From positions 19,698 to 83,697 of IMG/VR virus record IMGVR_UViG_3300020446_001892: a DNA stretch of 64,000 nucleotides; one strand, written 5' to 3'. The notes beneath the pieces are model-generated. The model made no database searches and was not told where the DNA came from. It worked only from the letters and a program-made list of their open reading frames with translations. Shown piece by piece: positions 38,392-48,189 of the stretch. The stretch is from a virus. The position numbers and the translations under genes were made by a program. How positions within the stretch are numbered: the stretch's first letter is position 1; every line of letters begins with the position of its first letter.

Positions 38392-40445
38392 TATTTTGTT
38401 GTAGCGATAAAAACGCCATTCCAATCTTTAGGTAAATCTTGTGTCTTCATATATTCACACCTTTCAATCCACATGTCATAGTATCCTTGCATTTTTCCAT
38501 CAAAGTGATTGTGTATTTTATTACATATCTCAATAGCTTTATCAAACTGTTGAGCCTTATATGCTACATGCATGTCCTGATGGTAACGTCTTGTAGTATT
38601 CCAAGCAGGTTTAGAATTATCCAAGACAGTCCATATTCCTATACCTACAGTTTTTCCTTTAACTGCTAGGTCATCTATTTTTAAGTAAAAGAAGTCGTCT
38701 TTGGTTTGTTGATAAGTTGCATCACCAACAAGTAGTACACAACCATACTCTTTACATTTACTTTCTATACGTGCGGCTGTGCTAACACTATCGCCTAGTA
38801 CATCGTATGAGTGTCGTTGCGTGGATCCCATCTCTCCAAGATATCCAAGTCCAGTATTGATACCAGCACCCATACCAACGGGAGGTCTTCCTTCAGAAGT
38901 GATTTTATCATTAAATTTCTCCACTGCATGTAACATATTAAGTCCGCATTGAACTGCTGTTTTAGGATGTTCTGGATCATCTATAGGTGCATTGTGTACA
39001 TGCATACTTGCATCACCTATATACTTTATAACCATACCATCACTATCTAATATAGGTTGTGTGATTGCATCCATGTATCCATTCATTATTTTTGTAAGTC
39101 CTTTTACATCATCACCAAATGATTCACCAAGAGGTGTAAAACCTCTTAGATCAGAAAAGCAAATACTTACTTCTTTTTTCATACCATCTTTGATTAACGA
39201 AGGATTTTCTTGTAGCATACGCACAACAGTTGGTGAAGCATATCCAGCAAATTGTTTTTTAATTTTTTGCTTTTCAAAAAACTCTAATACAAATCTATTA
39301 AAGATAGCATGTAATCCTACAATTAATACTGTCAACACAGGCATAGTAGCGTCAAGAAGATATAGATAATTTATCCAAGCATAATATACACCATATACTA
39401 AACCACCTGTAAATGCTACTATAGACAACCCCGAAAACCAGTAAGGAGTAAATCTTGCAATCAGCACAAGGGCTATGCCCACGACTGCCGTTGTCAATAA
39501 CTCTACGAGTAAAGCCCAAAAAGGCCTTGTTATTTGGTCTCCGTCTATTACTGTCTGTAATGTTACGGCGGCTGGTATGTAATTATATTGTGGGCCGTTG
39601 GGACTTGCAATCAAACCACCTATACCTTCTGCTGTGACTCCTATAATGACAGTTTTGCCTTGAAAATTACTAAACATATCTGGATTAGATGCACTTATTG
39701 TTTCAAATTTTTTATTCCATCGTAACCAAATTTGTCCGTTAGGGTCAGTTTTAATTATAGGGTAACCAGGAACACGCACAGCTTCAATTCCACCTTCATT
39801 AGCTTTTATTTGATAACTAGGGTTTCCTGTAGCTGTCCGTATTACTTCAACTGCTAAAGCAGGATACGTATCTTCCCCGATACGCATAAGGAGAGGCACT
39901 CTACGCACTACGCCATCAATTTCGGGGTTAGTGTTCAGTACACCAACACCGTCAGCATTGTCTCCTAGCAGTTTTATTGGTCCTAACATACCTTGCCATT
40001 CAAAAAGATATGGCAATGGATTTCCAATTTTCGCAACACCTCTTGGGACCGCGTTACGATTCATACCAGTAATAGTACCTGTTTGTGCAATTACTATTCC
40101 GTTATCTACAAGTGCTTGAGCCAAATCAATATCTCCACCAAGTCTATCTGGTTCTGACATAATGATTGGAAGTACTATAATACCTGCACCTGCTTCGCGA
40201 AGTTTCCAGATTATATCTGCAAGGACATCACGCTTCCAGGGCCATTGTCCATACTTTTCAATGGCGGCTTCGTCGATAGTAACAATGCCAACATCCTGGG
40301 AAACTACTTGCTCGCTCGTGTTTTGTAATAGATCAAACTGCTTGAGCCTTGCTGTTTGAACAACAGTACTATCCCCGTAGTGAATAATTAACATCACTAT
40401 AGCCGTAATAAAAGCTATTGTCCAATGTGTGATCCATTTCTTCAT
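38391..40445 (-). CDS. CHASE2-domain class III adenylate cyclase
   Basis: IDE..I.KYGQWPWKR, DGVVRRVPL (CHASE2); 3 TM; FSDLRGFT, KYIGDA, GINTG, YDVLGDSVSTAARIES, VKGK. Confidence 0.93.
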   Translation of the reverse strand: MKKWITHWTIAFITAIVMLIIHYGDSTVVQTARLKQFDLLQNTSEQVVSQDVGIVTIDEAAIEKYGQWPWKRDVLADIIWKLREAGAGIIVLPIIMSEPDRLGGDIDLAQALVDNGIVIAQTGTITGMNRNAVPRGVAKIGNPLPYLFEWQGMLGPIKLLGDNADGVGVLNTNPEIDGVVRRVPLLMRIGEDTYPALAVEVIRTATGNPSYQIKANEGGIEAVRVPGYPIIKTDPNGQIWLRWNKKFETISASNPDMFSNFQGKTVIIGVTAEGIGGLIASPNGPQYNYIPAAVTLQTVIDGDQITRPFWALLVELLTTAVVGIALVLIARFTPYWFSGLSIVAFTGGLVYGVYYAWINYLYLLDATMPVLTVLIVGLHAIFNRFVLEFFEKQKIKKQFAGYASPTVVRMLQENPSLIKDGMKKEVSICFSDLRGFTPLGESFGDDVKGLTKIMNGYMDAITQPILDSDGMVIKYIGDASMHVHNAPIDDPEHPKTAVQCGLNMLHAVEKFNDKITSEGRPPVGMGAGINTGLGYLGEMGSTQRHSYDVLGDSVSTAARIESKCKEYGCVLLVGDATYQQTKDDFFYLKIDDLAVKGKTVGIGIWTVLDNSKPAWNTTRRYHQDMHVAYKAQQFDKAIEICNKIHNHFDGKMQGYYDMWIERCEYMKTQDLPKDWNGVFIATTK

Positions 40446-40452
40446 ACAATAT

Positions 40453-40713
40453 TTATTCTTTAATGATTTTGTCTATGTCAGCATCGGTCCACTTATTTTT
40501 TTTGTGATCTCTATCTTTGAATAATAATGCCGCTCTGTCTGCATACAATGTCTTAGGACAGCGATAATTCTTAAGTGTGCTTGCAAATTCTCTTGAGGAA
40601 TCTTGGCATTGGTAAAAACAATACAAATCTTCACGTTTTATTCGCTGTGTTACTAATGTACATTGTAACATTCCTGCCATTGCTAATTCAATGATCATAA
40701 ATGTAATCTCCAT
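40453..40713 (-). CDS. Hypothetical Cys-containing protein
   Basis: ORF with 4 Cys. Confidence 0.45.
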   Translation of the reverse strand: MEITFMIIELAMAGMLQCTLVTQRIKREDLYCFYQCQDSSREFASTLKNYRCPKTLYADRAALLFKDRDHKKNKWTDADIDKIIKE

Positions 40714-40918
40714 CTTTCACATATACTGGTTTACAGTATGCAGTTATCCTATGTTCGGCAGGCACTAAATCTTTATATCTATAATTACCGTACTGTTTGG
40801 GAATACGTTTTGCATAATAATGACATACATCTATGCTCCGAAAATACATAGGATTTGGTTGTTGTTTTGCAGTTTCACCTGATCCTAAAATTACTATTAG
40901 TAAAAAAGCATGTATCAA
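40688..40918 (-). CDS. Hypothetical small exported protein
   Basis: Hydrophobic N-terminus; C..YA / AYCKP. Confidence 0.5.
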   Translation of the reverse strand: MIHAFLLIVILGSGETAKQQPNPMYFRSIDVCHYYAKRIPKQYGNYRYKDLVPAEHRITAYCKPVYVKDGDYIYDH

Positions 40919-41214
40919 CGCACAAGCCTCCTATCGTTACGTCTTGAATTTGTTTTCTTTTTAGGCTCTTCTTCCTTTTCCCAGTCTAACTTAGGCTCTC
41001 TTGTTTTTTTTACTTCTGCTTTTAATTTATATTCTTCTCTAGTGTCAAGTTGCGTTTGAAACATTGCTCTTACTTCAGGAGCATTTTTTGTTGCTGATAA
41101 AAAGAATAGTATGCCTGACCATCCATTTCCTTTAAATATTAAATGGTCACCTTTATAAAGTTTGCCCGTACCGTAATCATAATCGTAGACAAAGTCCTTA
41201 TAAACATAACGCAC
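40915..41214 (-). CDS. Hypothetical protein
   Basis: Coupled ORF. Confidence 0.5.
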   Translation of the reverse strand: MRYVYKDFVYDYDYGTGKLYKGDHLIFKGNGWSGILFFLSATKNAPEVRAMFQTQLDTREEYKLKAEVKKTREPKLDWEKEEEPKKKTNSRRNDRRLVR

Positions 41215-41696
41215 TAGAACAATCCTTTGGCCTTCCCTATAAAAATAAACATGCCGCCTACAAATACAACTAATACTAAAAGTAAAAATGCTATTGCAAC
41301 ACCATCTAATAGTGCTTTTCTACGTTGCATTTGTTTATAAACTGTTTCCTCTCTTTGCTTACGAATTTTTCTTCTCATATCTTTGAGTTCTTCCATTGTG
41401 CCATAACCAAATCTTAAATTTAGTAAAGCACCTAATTCTTTTTCTTGCTCCATTAATTTTTTTTCGTGTATTAAAAGTGCAAGAGCTTCTTCTTCTACAG
41501 AACCTGCTGCAAAAAGTTTTTTAAATATAGGGGGTTTCTTTTGAGCTTGTTGAGCATGACGGAAGTCACTTGCGGCAGTATACCATTTTCCAAGCTGACT
41601 TGCTACTTGCTCAAATTCTTGACCAGCGTTAACAAATTTTTTTACTGTGCCAAATGCCGCGGTTGCCGCACTTATGGCAGTGATAGGATCTATCAT
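41214..41696 (-). CDS. Membrane protein (MIDPITA family, C-terminal TM)
   Basis: GGAGG SD; coiled coil plus TM. Confidence 0.6.
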   Translation of the reverse strand: MIDPITAISAATAAFGTVKKFVNAGQEFEQVASQLGKWYTAASDFRHAQQAQKKPPIFKKLFAAGSVEEEALALLIHEKKLMEQEKELGALLNLRFGYGTMEELKDMRRKIRKQREETVYKQMQRRKALLDGVAIAFLLLVLVVFVGGMFIFIGKAKGLF

Positions 41697-41745
41697 TGGG
41701 AACCCTCCAATGGTATTTAACTACTAATATATCTCAATTAAGTGT

Positions 41746-42168
41746 TTAGTTAATATTGCACCAATACTGTTCTGCACCTGGCTGGAGAGACTCACAACCT
41801 CGTATTAGTAATTCTAGCATTACAGGAAGATCCTGTGCTATGCCTGTAATTATTGCAAGTATAATAAACAAGAAAAATAATATGAAAGGGCTTAGTAACA
41901 TCAACCACCAATAGGTTCTAAATATTCCGTGTCCGTGTGCTTTACGATATTCACGTTTACGAGCAAACCAATGTACTATTGCTCTTGCTAAACGCTTGAG
42001 TCCGCCTACAAACCAGTCACCTATAAAATGTCTAATAATTCTAACTATTATAAGAACAGGACTTGCAATTACTTCCCAAATCAAAAGTAATGCATCTACT
42101 ACAAGGTCAACAACATGATCGATTGTCCACCATTCTTTAAATCTTTGCCAGCGGCTTTTCTGTGCCAT
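41746..42168 (-). CDS. Hypothetical membrane protein
   Basis: TM segments; TAAATA 4 nt before the ATG. Confidence 0.55.
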   Translation of the reverse strand: MAQKSRWQRFKEWWTIDHVVDLVVDALLLIWEVIASPVLIIVRIIRHFIGDWFVGGLKRLARAIVHWFARKREYRKAHGHGIFRTYWWLMLLSPFILFFLFIILAIITGIAQDLPVMLELLIRGCESLQPGAEQYWCNIN

Positions 42169-42175
42169 GCTGTAT

Positions 42176-43207
42176 TTAGTTTTGTGTTATTGTTATACCA
42201 CAACCGTTTGCATTGGTACATGTACCGGTTAGGTTGTATGTTTTGTTTGAATTGGCTGTTTGATCTAGGTCTAGGTTGTAACCTCCGCCTGCATTTGTTA
42301 GGTCAATGTTTGTGGTGTGATTTCCATAACGTTGAAAAATATCCACTGTATGTCCATCGTCTAATACTACGTCTGCAAACTGTGTATCAGTATTGCCACG
42401 TTGAAGTAAAGTAACATCATTGTTATCGCCGTTAATTTCTACAAATCCTTCATGTTCGCCACTACCACGTTGTGTATGATGAACAGTATTGCTATCACCT
42501 GTTATATAGTTTGCTATATGTAACCCACCTTTATTGTTATCATCTGTTTGATAACTTTCAAGAGTATTGTTGCTACCACTTACTATCCAGTATACGTCAT
42601 TATCGCCTGTTTCGTTAGCATCTACTGTTCCGTCTTCATGCTTGCCTTGCCAGGCCTTAACGGTATTATTGCTTCCATTCACTGTGACTGTGTTAATGTT
42701 GTTACTTTGTTCATGTATTTGTATATCAATACTATTTGTACTACCATCTAATACTTCTGTATACACTGTGTTAGTGTCACCTTCGTCTATAGTGACTGTA
42801 ATTGTATTATTTACATCACCGCCATTTCCTATTTCTGTATGAGTAACATTACTATCTCCGTCAATAGTTACAGACATATCATTATTGTTACCGTGATTAT
42901 CCATAGCACTAATATTAGAATTACCTTGCTGTGTCAAAGTCATTTGTTGATTACCGCCGTGTGTCCATAGCCCTGCACGATTGTTGTTACCTTGTTGTGT
43001 TAATGTAAAGGTTTTGTTATTGCCACCTAGATAAGCATCACCACTTGTAGTGTTAAGACTACGAACTTTGTTATCTTGGCCGTCTTGAGTTATAGTGGCA
43101 GTGAAATGATCACCTACCTGGTTTATATAAAGATCGTTAGCCCAACTAATTGTTGGACTGTTGAATATTAATACTATTAGTGCCTTCTGAACCCAACCTG
43201 TAGTCAT
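42176..43207 (-). CDS. Curlin-repeat protein (CsgA/CsgB-like)
   Basis: Signal peptide, then ANDLYINQVGD and many xQxGxxN repeats. Confidence 0.8.
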   Translation of the reverse strand: MTTGWVQKALIVLIFNSPTISWANDLYINQVGDHFTATITQDGQDNKVRSLNTTSGDAYLGGNNKTFTLTQQGNNNRAGLWTHGGNQQMTLTQQGNSNISAMDNHGNNNDMSVTIDGDSNVTHTEIGNGGDVNNTITVTIDEGDTNTVYTEVLDGSTNSIDIQIHEQSNNINTVTVNGSNNTVKAWQGKHEDGTVDANETGDNDVYWIVSGSNNTLESYQTDDNNKGGLHIANYITGDSNTVHHTQRGSGEHEGFVEINGDNNDVTLLQRGNTDTQFADVVLDDGHTVDIFQRYGNHTTNIDLTNAGGGYNLDLDQTANSNKTYNLTGTCTNANGCGITITQN

Positions 43208-44300
43208 AGATTTCAAAGTCTCCTTGTTTAACATCAATTGTATAATCATACTGTCTATTTAATCTCATACGGATAAAACCACCTTGTTCAAAATCTTCAC
43301 GTTGCCATACCCAATATGGTTCTATTATGTCTAGTCTTATTTGAGTTTTAGGATCAAATCCAACTTGTGGTACGTTACTCAACAGCCTTTCGTTTTGTAA
43401 AGCCAACTCGTCTTTAAACAATGCGGCAAGAGCTTCATTTAATTTGTCTAACATATCATGAAGCATATCAGCTAACATAAAAGCAGTTTCATCTAGTGCT
43501 GTGACCCATATACCTTCGATACTATCAGTTAGAGCATCACCTTCTAAAAAGTCAACTTCTAAAAAATCAATACCAAGGAAGTCTGCTAATTTTCTCTTCT
43601 TTAGTTGTTCTTCTTCGTTGTAATCTTCAATTGGTGAACGTTTACGAAGTATAAGTAAATTGTTTATCATATCTTCTGAAATCTTGAGGATAACTGGCGG
43701 CGTAGGTTTTCTCATGTTATGTGTAGTTTGCGTTGATTGGAATGCCTGATTCATCATCACTATACCAGCATCAGTTTCAACTGTTATTTCTCCTACAAAA
43801 CATGCACCTGCTACATCGCAACTTGGAAGTAATGTAATCATACTGCCACCAAATTCATCAACTACCATAATAAAGTCTGTTCCTCTTACTCCTATAGTAG
43901 CACTAGGTGTTCTAATTTTTACATTTTGTTTGTATCTTTTTGCTATTTGTCCAGATGCATATCTTACAGTGCCAAGACTCGCTTTTAATGATAGTGTACC
44001 TAGATCTCTACTAGGATCATACACAAATTCGTCTATTACTAATCTTGACTGTTCTGTAAGTTCTACTCTTGTTTGATCTATGAAATTAATTTTCATAGTG
44101 CCTTTTGCAGTTACAGCAGTGTCCATGCTTTCAACACCCACGCCTGCTTTACCCTCTATGATTACGGTAGATCCGCGTTCAATAACTCCAGAACCCTTAA
44201 CTTGTCCGATCTCTCCAACATTTGGATATGCAGGAGTAACCAATAAAGCAAATAAAACTAGTAAGCCTAACATCAACCATGTAAATTTGTTAGGCGCCAT
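43146..44300 (-). CDS. FecR-domain exported protein
   Basis: Signal peptide; D...T......I.F.D.T...L...S.L.ID; IRTPSATIGVRGTDF. Confidence 0.85.
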   Translation of the reverse strand: MAPNKFTWLMLGLLVLFALLVTPAYPNVGEIGQVKGSGVIERGSTVIIEGKAGVGVESMDTAVTAKGTMKINFIDQTRVELTEQSRLVIDEFVYDPSRDLGTLSLKASLGTVRYASGQIAKRYKQNVKIRTPSATIGVRGTDFIMVVDEFGGSMITLLPSCDVAGACFVGEITVETDAGIVMMNQAFQSTQTTHNMRKPTPPVILKISEDMINNLLILRKRSPIEDYNEEEQLKKRKLADFLGIDFLEVDFLEGDALTDSIEGIWVTALDETAFMLADMLHDMLDKLNEALAALFKDELALQNERLLSNVPQVGFDPKTQIRLDIIEPYWVWQREDFEQGGFIRMRLNRQYDYTIDVKQGDFEIYDYRLGSEGTNSINIQQSNN

Positions 44301-44301
44301 A

Positions 44302-45036
44302 CTAGTCACTTTGTGTTATATCTACGTCTTGATTATCACCATCGAAATCAGCGTTGACTGTGTTATCGTAAATGCCGCTTTGATCTACAGTGTATGAGCT
44401 CCCGCCTCCAGTTACATCTAATGTTACTGTATGGCCTGAACTATCACCATCACCGTCAATATCAATATCAACTACATTACCTGAACCACTTGAAGATAGA
44501 GTACCGCTTGTAGCTCCACCAGTTGCTAGACTTGCACTATTGTTCACAACTACAGTTAATGCAACACTTTCACCGTCAATGTCAGTTTTAATTACGTTGT
44601 CATCTCCTGTAACAGTAAACGAAACAGTCGCTCCGTCTGCATCTGCTGTATCACCAATGTTAAAGTCATATGTGTTATCGTCACCTGTTGTAGTAATATT
44701 TAAAGTAACGTTTTCACAGTTTGTACCACTAGTGCTATCGCAACTTAGATCGACTTCGTTTGAATCACCAGTGAATGCCCAAGTACCTGTATAAGAAGAA
44801 CCTTGGATATCAGCTACTATAGTGTTAAGATCACCTGTTTGTGTTATGGAGAATGTCATTGAATCTCCATCTAGATTTACATCAGTAGTACTAGTACCAA
44901 TTACGTTGTTTTGTCCATCTTGTGTTATGTCTAAATCAAGCGTGTCCCCCACTTGTTCAATATAGATATCGTTTGCTAAGGCAGGAGTTACGGCGATTAA
45001 ACAAAACAATATCAACCCTCTAATTGTTTTTATCAT
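44302..45036 (-). CDS. Curlin-repeat protein (CsgA/CsgB-like)
   Basis: Signal peptide; ANDIYIEQVGD; QDGQNN, QTGDLN, TGDDN repeats. Confidence 0.8.
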   Translation of the reverse strand: MIKTIRGLILFCLIAVTPALANDIYIEQVGDTLDLDITQDGQNNVIGTSTTDVNLDGDSMTFSITQTGDLNTIVADIQGSSYTGTWAFTGDSNEVDLSCDSTSGTNCENVTLNITTTGDDNTYDFNIGDTADADGATVSFTVTGDDNVIKTDIDGESVALTVVVNNSASLATGGATSGTLSSSGSGNVVDIDIDGDGDSSGHTVTLDVTGGGSSYTVDQSGIYDNTVNADFDGDNQDVDITQSD

Positions 45037-45979
45037 TGTTTCCTTTCTGGCTTTGTTCCTCTATTGGCCAACATAAATCCGACTTATCACAATACAACCT
45101 AGCATTTGGCCATTTATCTAAAGCGTCAGCTAAAGGCAACGGCCTTGATCGTGGTAAAGCACCTTTATATGTTTTGTCTTTGAATTTCCAAAGCCCTTTC
45201 GTTTCACCTTCATATACCAGTTGGACTACACCTGCTTCAATAGCCGCCCTCACAGCGTAATTTACTGGTTCGTTAACGGAATACCCCGTCTCCGATTCTA
45301 TCAATTTAGTTCCCATATCAAGGAACTTAAATATGTCCGCTCCGGACCTTGAGCTTGCGATTGTTTTCTCTGTCGCTATGCTCAGTAGCACTTTTCCACT
45401 GCTTACACTTACAACTCGCATAACAACAGTGACGGTATCTACTCTATACTCAGTCTGTGCACCTAGTCCTAGATACCTAGCGCCTACACCGCCTACAGCA
45501 ACATTAGAGTCATAACCTATAATGCCACCTTCAAGTATAAGCCCTGCAAACACCATCGGCTTAAGTGCTCTAGGACCATTAGGTAAATTCTTTTCATAAA
45601 CTTCTCGTGTATTCCGGATCAGCTGTCTCTCTTTGATCAGATTGTCCATTCCTACACGTTCTACTACTTCAAACCAAGTTTCATTGCCTACTTCTGATAA
45701 AGCCTTAATAACCCATACTTCAGATCCTTGCGTAACTGCACTAGATAGGTTTGCAATGTTATCAGCTGGTTTACGTTGTCCGGTTTTATCCATAAAACTA
45801 TAAACAGCTATAGTCATTTTTTTACCATCTAGTTCGGGTACCTGCATCATTCGCTCTGCTAAAGGTGCTGGCTGTATTCTAGGAGGCCCTGCCTCGTTGA
45901 ATGTGTCCAAGCTCTTTTGCATTGTACCACTGCAACCTGTAAGTATCAATGTGCCTAGTAAAATTAAGATTCGAATCAA
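45020..45979 (-). CDS. csgG: Curli secretion channel CsgG
   Basis: Lipobox LTGC; AVYSF.DKTGQRKP, SSAVTQG, WF.VVER.G.DNL.KERQLIR, EGGIIGYDSN. Confidence 0.93.
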   Translation of the reverse strand: MIRILILLGTLILTGCSGTMQKSLDTFNEAGPPRIQPAPLAERMMQVPELDGKKMTIAVYSFMDKTGQRKPADNIANLSSAVTQGSEVWVIKALSEVGNETWFEVVERVGMDNLIKERQLIRNTREVYEKNLPNGPRALKPMVFAGLILEGGIIGYDSNVAVGGVGARYLGLGAQTEYRVDTVTVVMRVVSVSSGKVLLSIATEKTIASSRSGADIFKFLDMGTKLIESETGYSVNEPVNYAVRAAIEAGVVQLVYEGETKGLWKFKDKTYKGALPRSRPLPLADALDKWPNARLYCDKSDLCWPIEEQSQKGNNDKNN

Positions 45980-46452
45980 AAGTTAAACTCCCCTGCACCA
46001 GGTATTGTAATTGTAGTTGTGCTTCCATCTTCTTCAATAACAGTAAGAGTAATTTCTCCTGTTGTTGCGTCTTTAGCCCAAGTTATTTGTGAGCCTTCGA
46101 TTTCTGCGGTGCCACTTGTTGCACAAGTTGTTGTCGTTGCGTCACAGTCAGCAAACATACTATCTACCATTTGCTTACTAAGAGTAGCGTATATTCTACT
46201 TTCTACGTTCTTAATAAACTTGTTCAGGGTTGTGTTTTCTAATTCTCTTTCTAGCTCCCTCTGTACTCTTGCCTGTTCATCTTTCATATCTTGCTTTCTA
46301 TTATGTTGTAGTTGTTCAACACTTAATACGTGTGATGAATAACCATTGCCATGATGGAAAGCAGGCGATTTAAAGCCCCAAGTCAGTTCACTAGCGAAAG
46401 CAGTATTGGATACCGCCCATACGATTAATGTAGATAGTACTTTGAATTTCAT
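45976..46452 (-). CDS. csgF: Curli assembly protein CsgF
   Basis: Signal peptide; mature N-terminus ELTWGFKSPAF..GNG aligns by eye with CsgF; C-terminal TGEITLT...TTITIP; directly upstream of csgG. Confidence 0.8.
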   Translation of the reverse strand: MKFKVLSTLIVWAVSNTAFASELTWGFKSPAFHHGNGYSSHVLSVEQLQHNRKQDMKDEQARVQRELERELENTTLNKFIKNVESRIYATLSKQMVDSMFADCDATTTTCATSGTAEIEGSQITWAKDATTGEITLTVIEEDGSTTTITIPGAGEFNF

Positions 46453-46524
46453 TAGACACTCCTGCATTTGTATTTATCGTGATCGCTTTTTCCCCTCTCT
46501 TTGGACTCCTAGTATTTATGCAAA

Positions 46525-46542
46525 GTGTAAAAATTTTTACAC
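46525..46542. promoter_or_regulatory. Perfect 18-bp palindrome GTGTAAAAATTTTTACAC (putative operator)
   Basis: Lies between divergent TAAATA elements at 46513-46518 (-) and 46558-46563 (+). Confidence 0.65.
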
Positions 46543-46568
46543 CTACGCACTTCAAACTAAATATTATT

Positions 46569-46808
46569 ATGATTGATCCTAAAACAGAACAAGACATGTT
46601 GTGGGAAGCATTAAGTATTTTTGATAATTACCAAACAAGTCCTACAACATTGCCAAATGAAATTGAAACTATAGAGATAGATAGAATTAAGTCAGCACTG
46701 TCTGCTTTTGAAGGCAACAAAACAAGAGCGGCAAAGTCTCTCGGAATAGGTAGAACGAATTTAATTGCTAAGATTAAAAAGTATGACTTAAGGCATTTTG
46801 AAAGCTAG
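46569..46808 (+). CDS. Stand-alone Fis-type HTH protein
   Basis: ALSAFEGNKTRAAKSLGIGRTNLIAKIKKY. Confidence 0.85.
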   Translation: MIDPKTEQDMLWEALSIFDNYQTSPTTLPNEIETIEIDRIKSALSAFEGNKTRAAKSLGIGRTNLIAKIKKYDLRHFES

Positions 46809-48167
46809 TTTTCCAAATATCTTTGTACTAGCATAATTTTTTCCACCGTTGACTAAAACAACACCGTCAAACTTTGGAGGATAAACACTTCTAAATTCTG
46901 TCACCAATACATCATCAGCAGATCTGGCAATCTGTGTATAAACTTGAACAATACTTGCTTGTTTCATAAATGCCATTAACCCTTGACCAAAACTTGGCAT
47001 TGAATTTAATTCTTTTGCAACAAGTTTTGCAACATTGGTAGTCATATGAAAATATATATTGTAATTTTGATGTTGTAGTTTTGCACCAAATGATTGGTAT
47101 ACTTTCAAAAGTTCTTGGTTATTTGATTGTTGAATATCTTCTAATGTCATCGGCGTTTTTGCCATACTACGTATAAAAGCAGTTGTCTCAGGTTTAAGTA
47201 TTTTAATTTCTTCTGCAACTGATAACGGTCCTTCTAGAGCAGATAGATCATCTATCATTTTAACAATTTTTACAACTTGCTCGTGACTCTTAAGTAACCC
47301 TGGAGAGACTTCTTCGGCTTTTATAATTGCATCTTGTACATTTTTCATGCTTGCGTCTGCACCAGTCTTACCTTTCGAACTGATACCAATTTCTAGTCCA
47401 TCGTCTCTAAGGAATACACTGTCTATCAAATTATGGTTTTTTCCAGCAGGCCAATATAAATCAAGGTCACTCCATTCTTGATTAGGAATCAAATCTTGTT
47501 TCGCGGCTACAATCCCTTGTCCCATATTGACACCTGCCATAATACCAATTGGTTGTAAAATTTCTCCTGCGTAATCTCTAATTGCAGGAGCTATTTCTGT
47601 TTGATTAGGAAAAGTTGCTGGTAGTTTGCCTTGTGCCATTTCTTCAAAACCAGATAATACTTCTGGTTTATCTGCAAGACTAGTTCTAAGTGCCGCCATT
47701 AATGAATCTAATCCCTTATAGCGTTTTTCTTCTATACCTAAAACATCTTGTGGCGTCAATCCTGCTTGCATTTTTGCACCAGCACCTGTTTGAAGTTTAT
47801 AACCTGCGAAATGTTTTGTTATATTCCAATTTGCAGGTAGTCCAACCTGTTTCATTTGGGCAAAATATCTGCCAAATACATGCGTAGCATTTTCTTCGCC
47901 TGGCTCTTTTAGATAAGCAATACCAAATGCTAGTAATCCAGCTGTAGGTTGGTTAGTCCATTCTATAGGAATATCAAGACTGCTTTCAAGTTGTTTTACT
48001 GCGGCATCCCTGTCACTTGCATCTTTAAATTGAGGTGCATCGCTAGGATATGCAATAATTTTTACAAATTCTAATTCGTGATCTGTTTCTGGATGATGAA
48101 ACATTTGTCCTGCTTGTCTGTTAAACAAACCTGATGCTTCAACCATTTTAAAATCTTTGAAACGCAT
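46788..48167 (-). CDS. Hypothetical protein, possible PD-(D/E)xK nuclease fold
   Basis: GE...NLIDSV...ISSKG; late element upstream. Confidence 0.5.
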   Translation of the reverse strand: MRFKDFKMVEASGLFNRQAGQMFHHPETDHELEFVKIIAYPSDAPQFKDASDRDAAVKQLESSLDIPIEWTNQPTAGLLAFGIAYLKEPGEENATHVFGRYFAQMKQVGLPANWNITKHFAGYKLQTGAGAKMQAGLTPQDVLGIEEKRYKGLDSLMAALRTSLADKPEVLSGFEEMAQGKLPATFPNQTEIAPAIRDYAGEILQPIGIMAGVNMGQGIVAAKQDLIPNQEWSDLDLYWPAGKNHNLIDSVFLRDDGLEIGISSKGKTGADASMKNVQDAIIKAEEVSPGLLKSHEQVVKIVKMIDDLSALEGPLSVAEEIKILKPETTAFIRSMAKTPMTLEDIQQSNNQELLKVYQSFGAKLQHQNYNIYFHMTTNVAKLVAKELNSMPSFGQGLMAFMKQASIVQVYTQIARSADDVLVTEFRSVYPPKFDGVVLVNGGKNYASTKIFGKLAFKMP

Positions 48168-48189
48168 GATAACTTCCTATTTTATGTAT

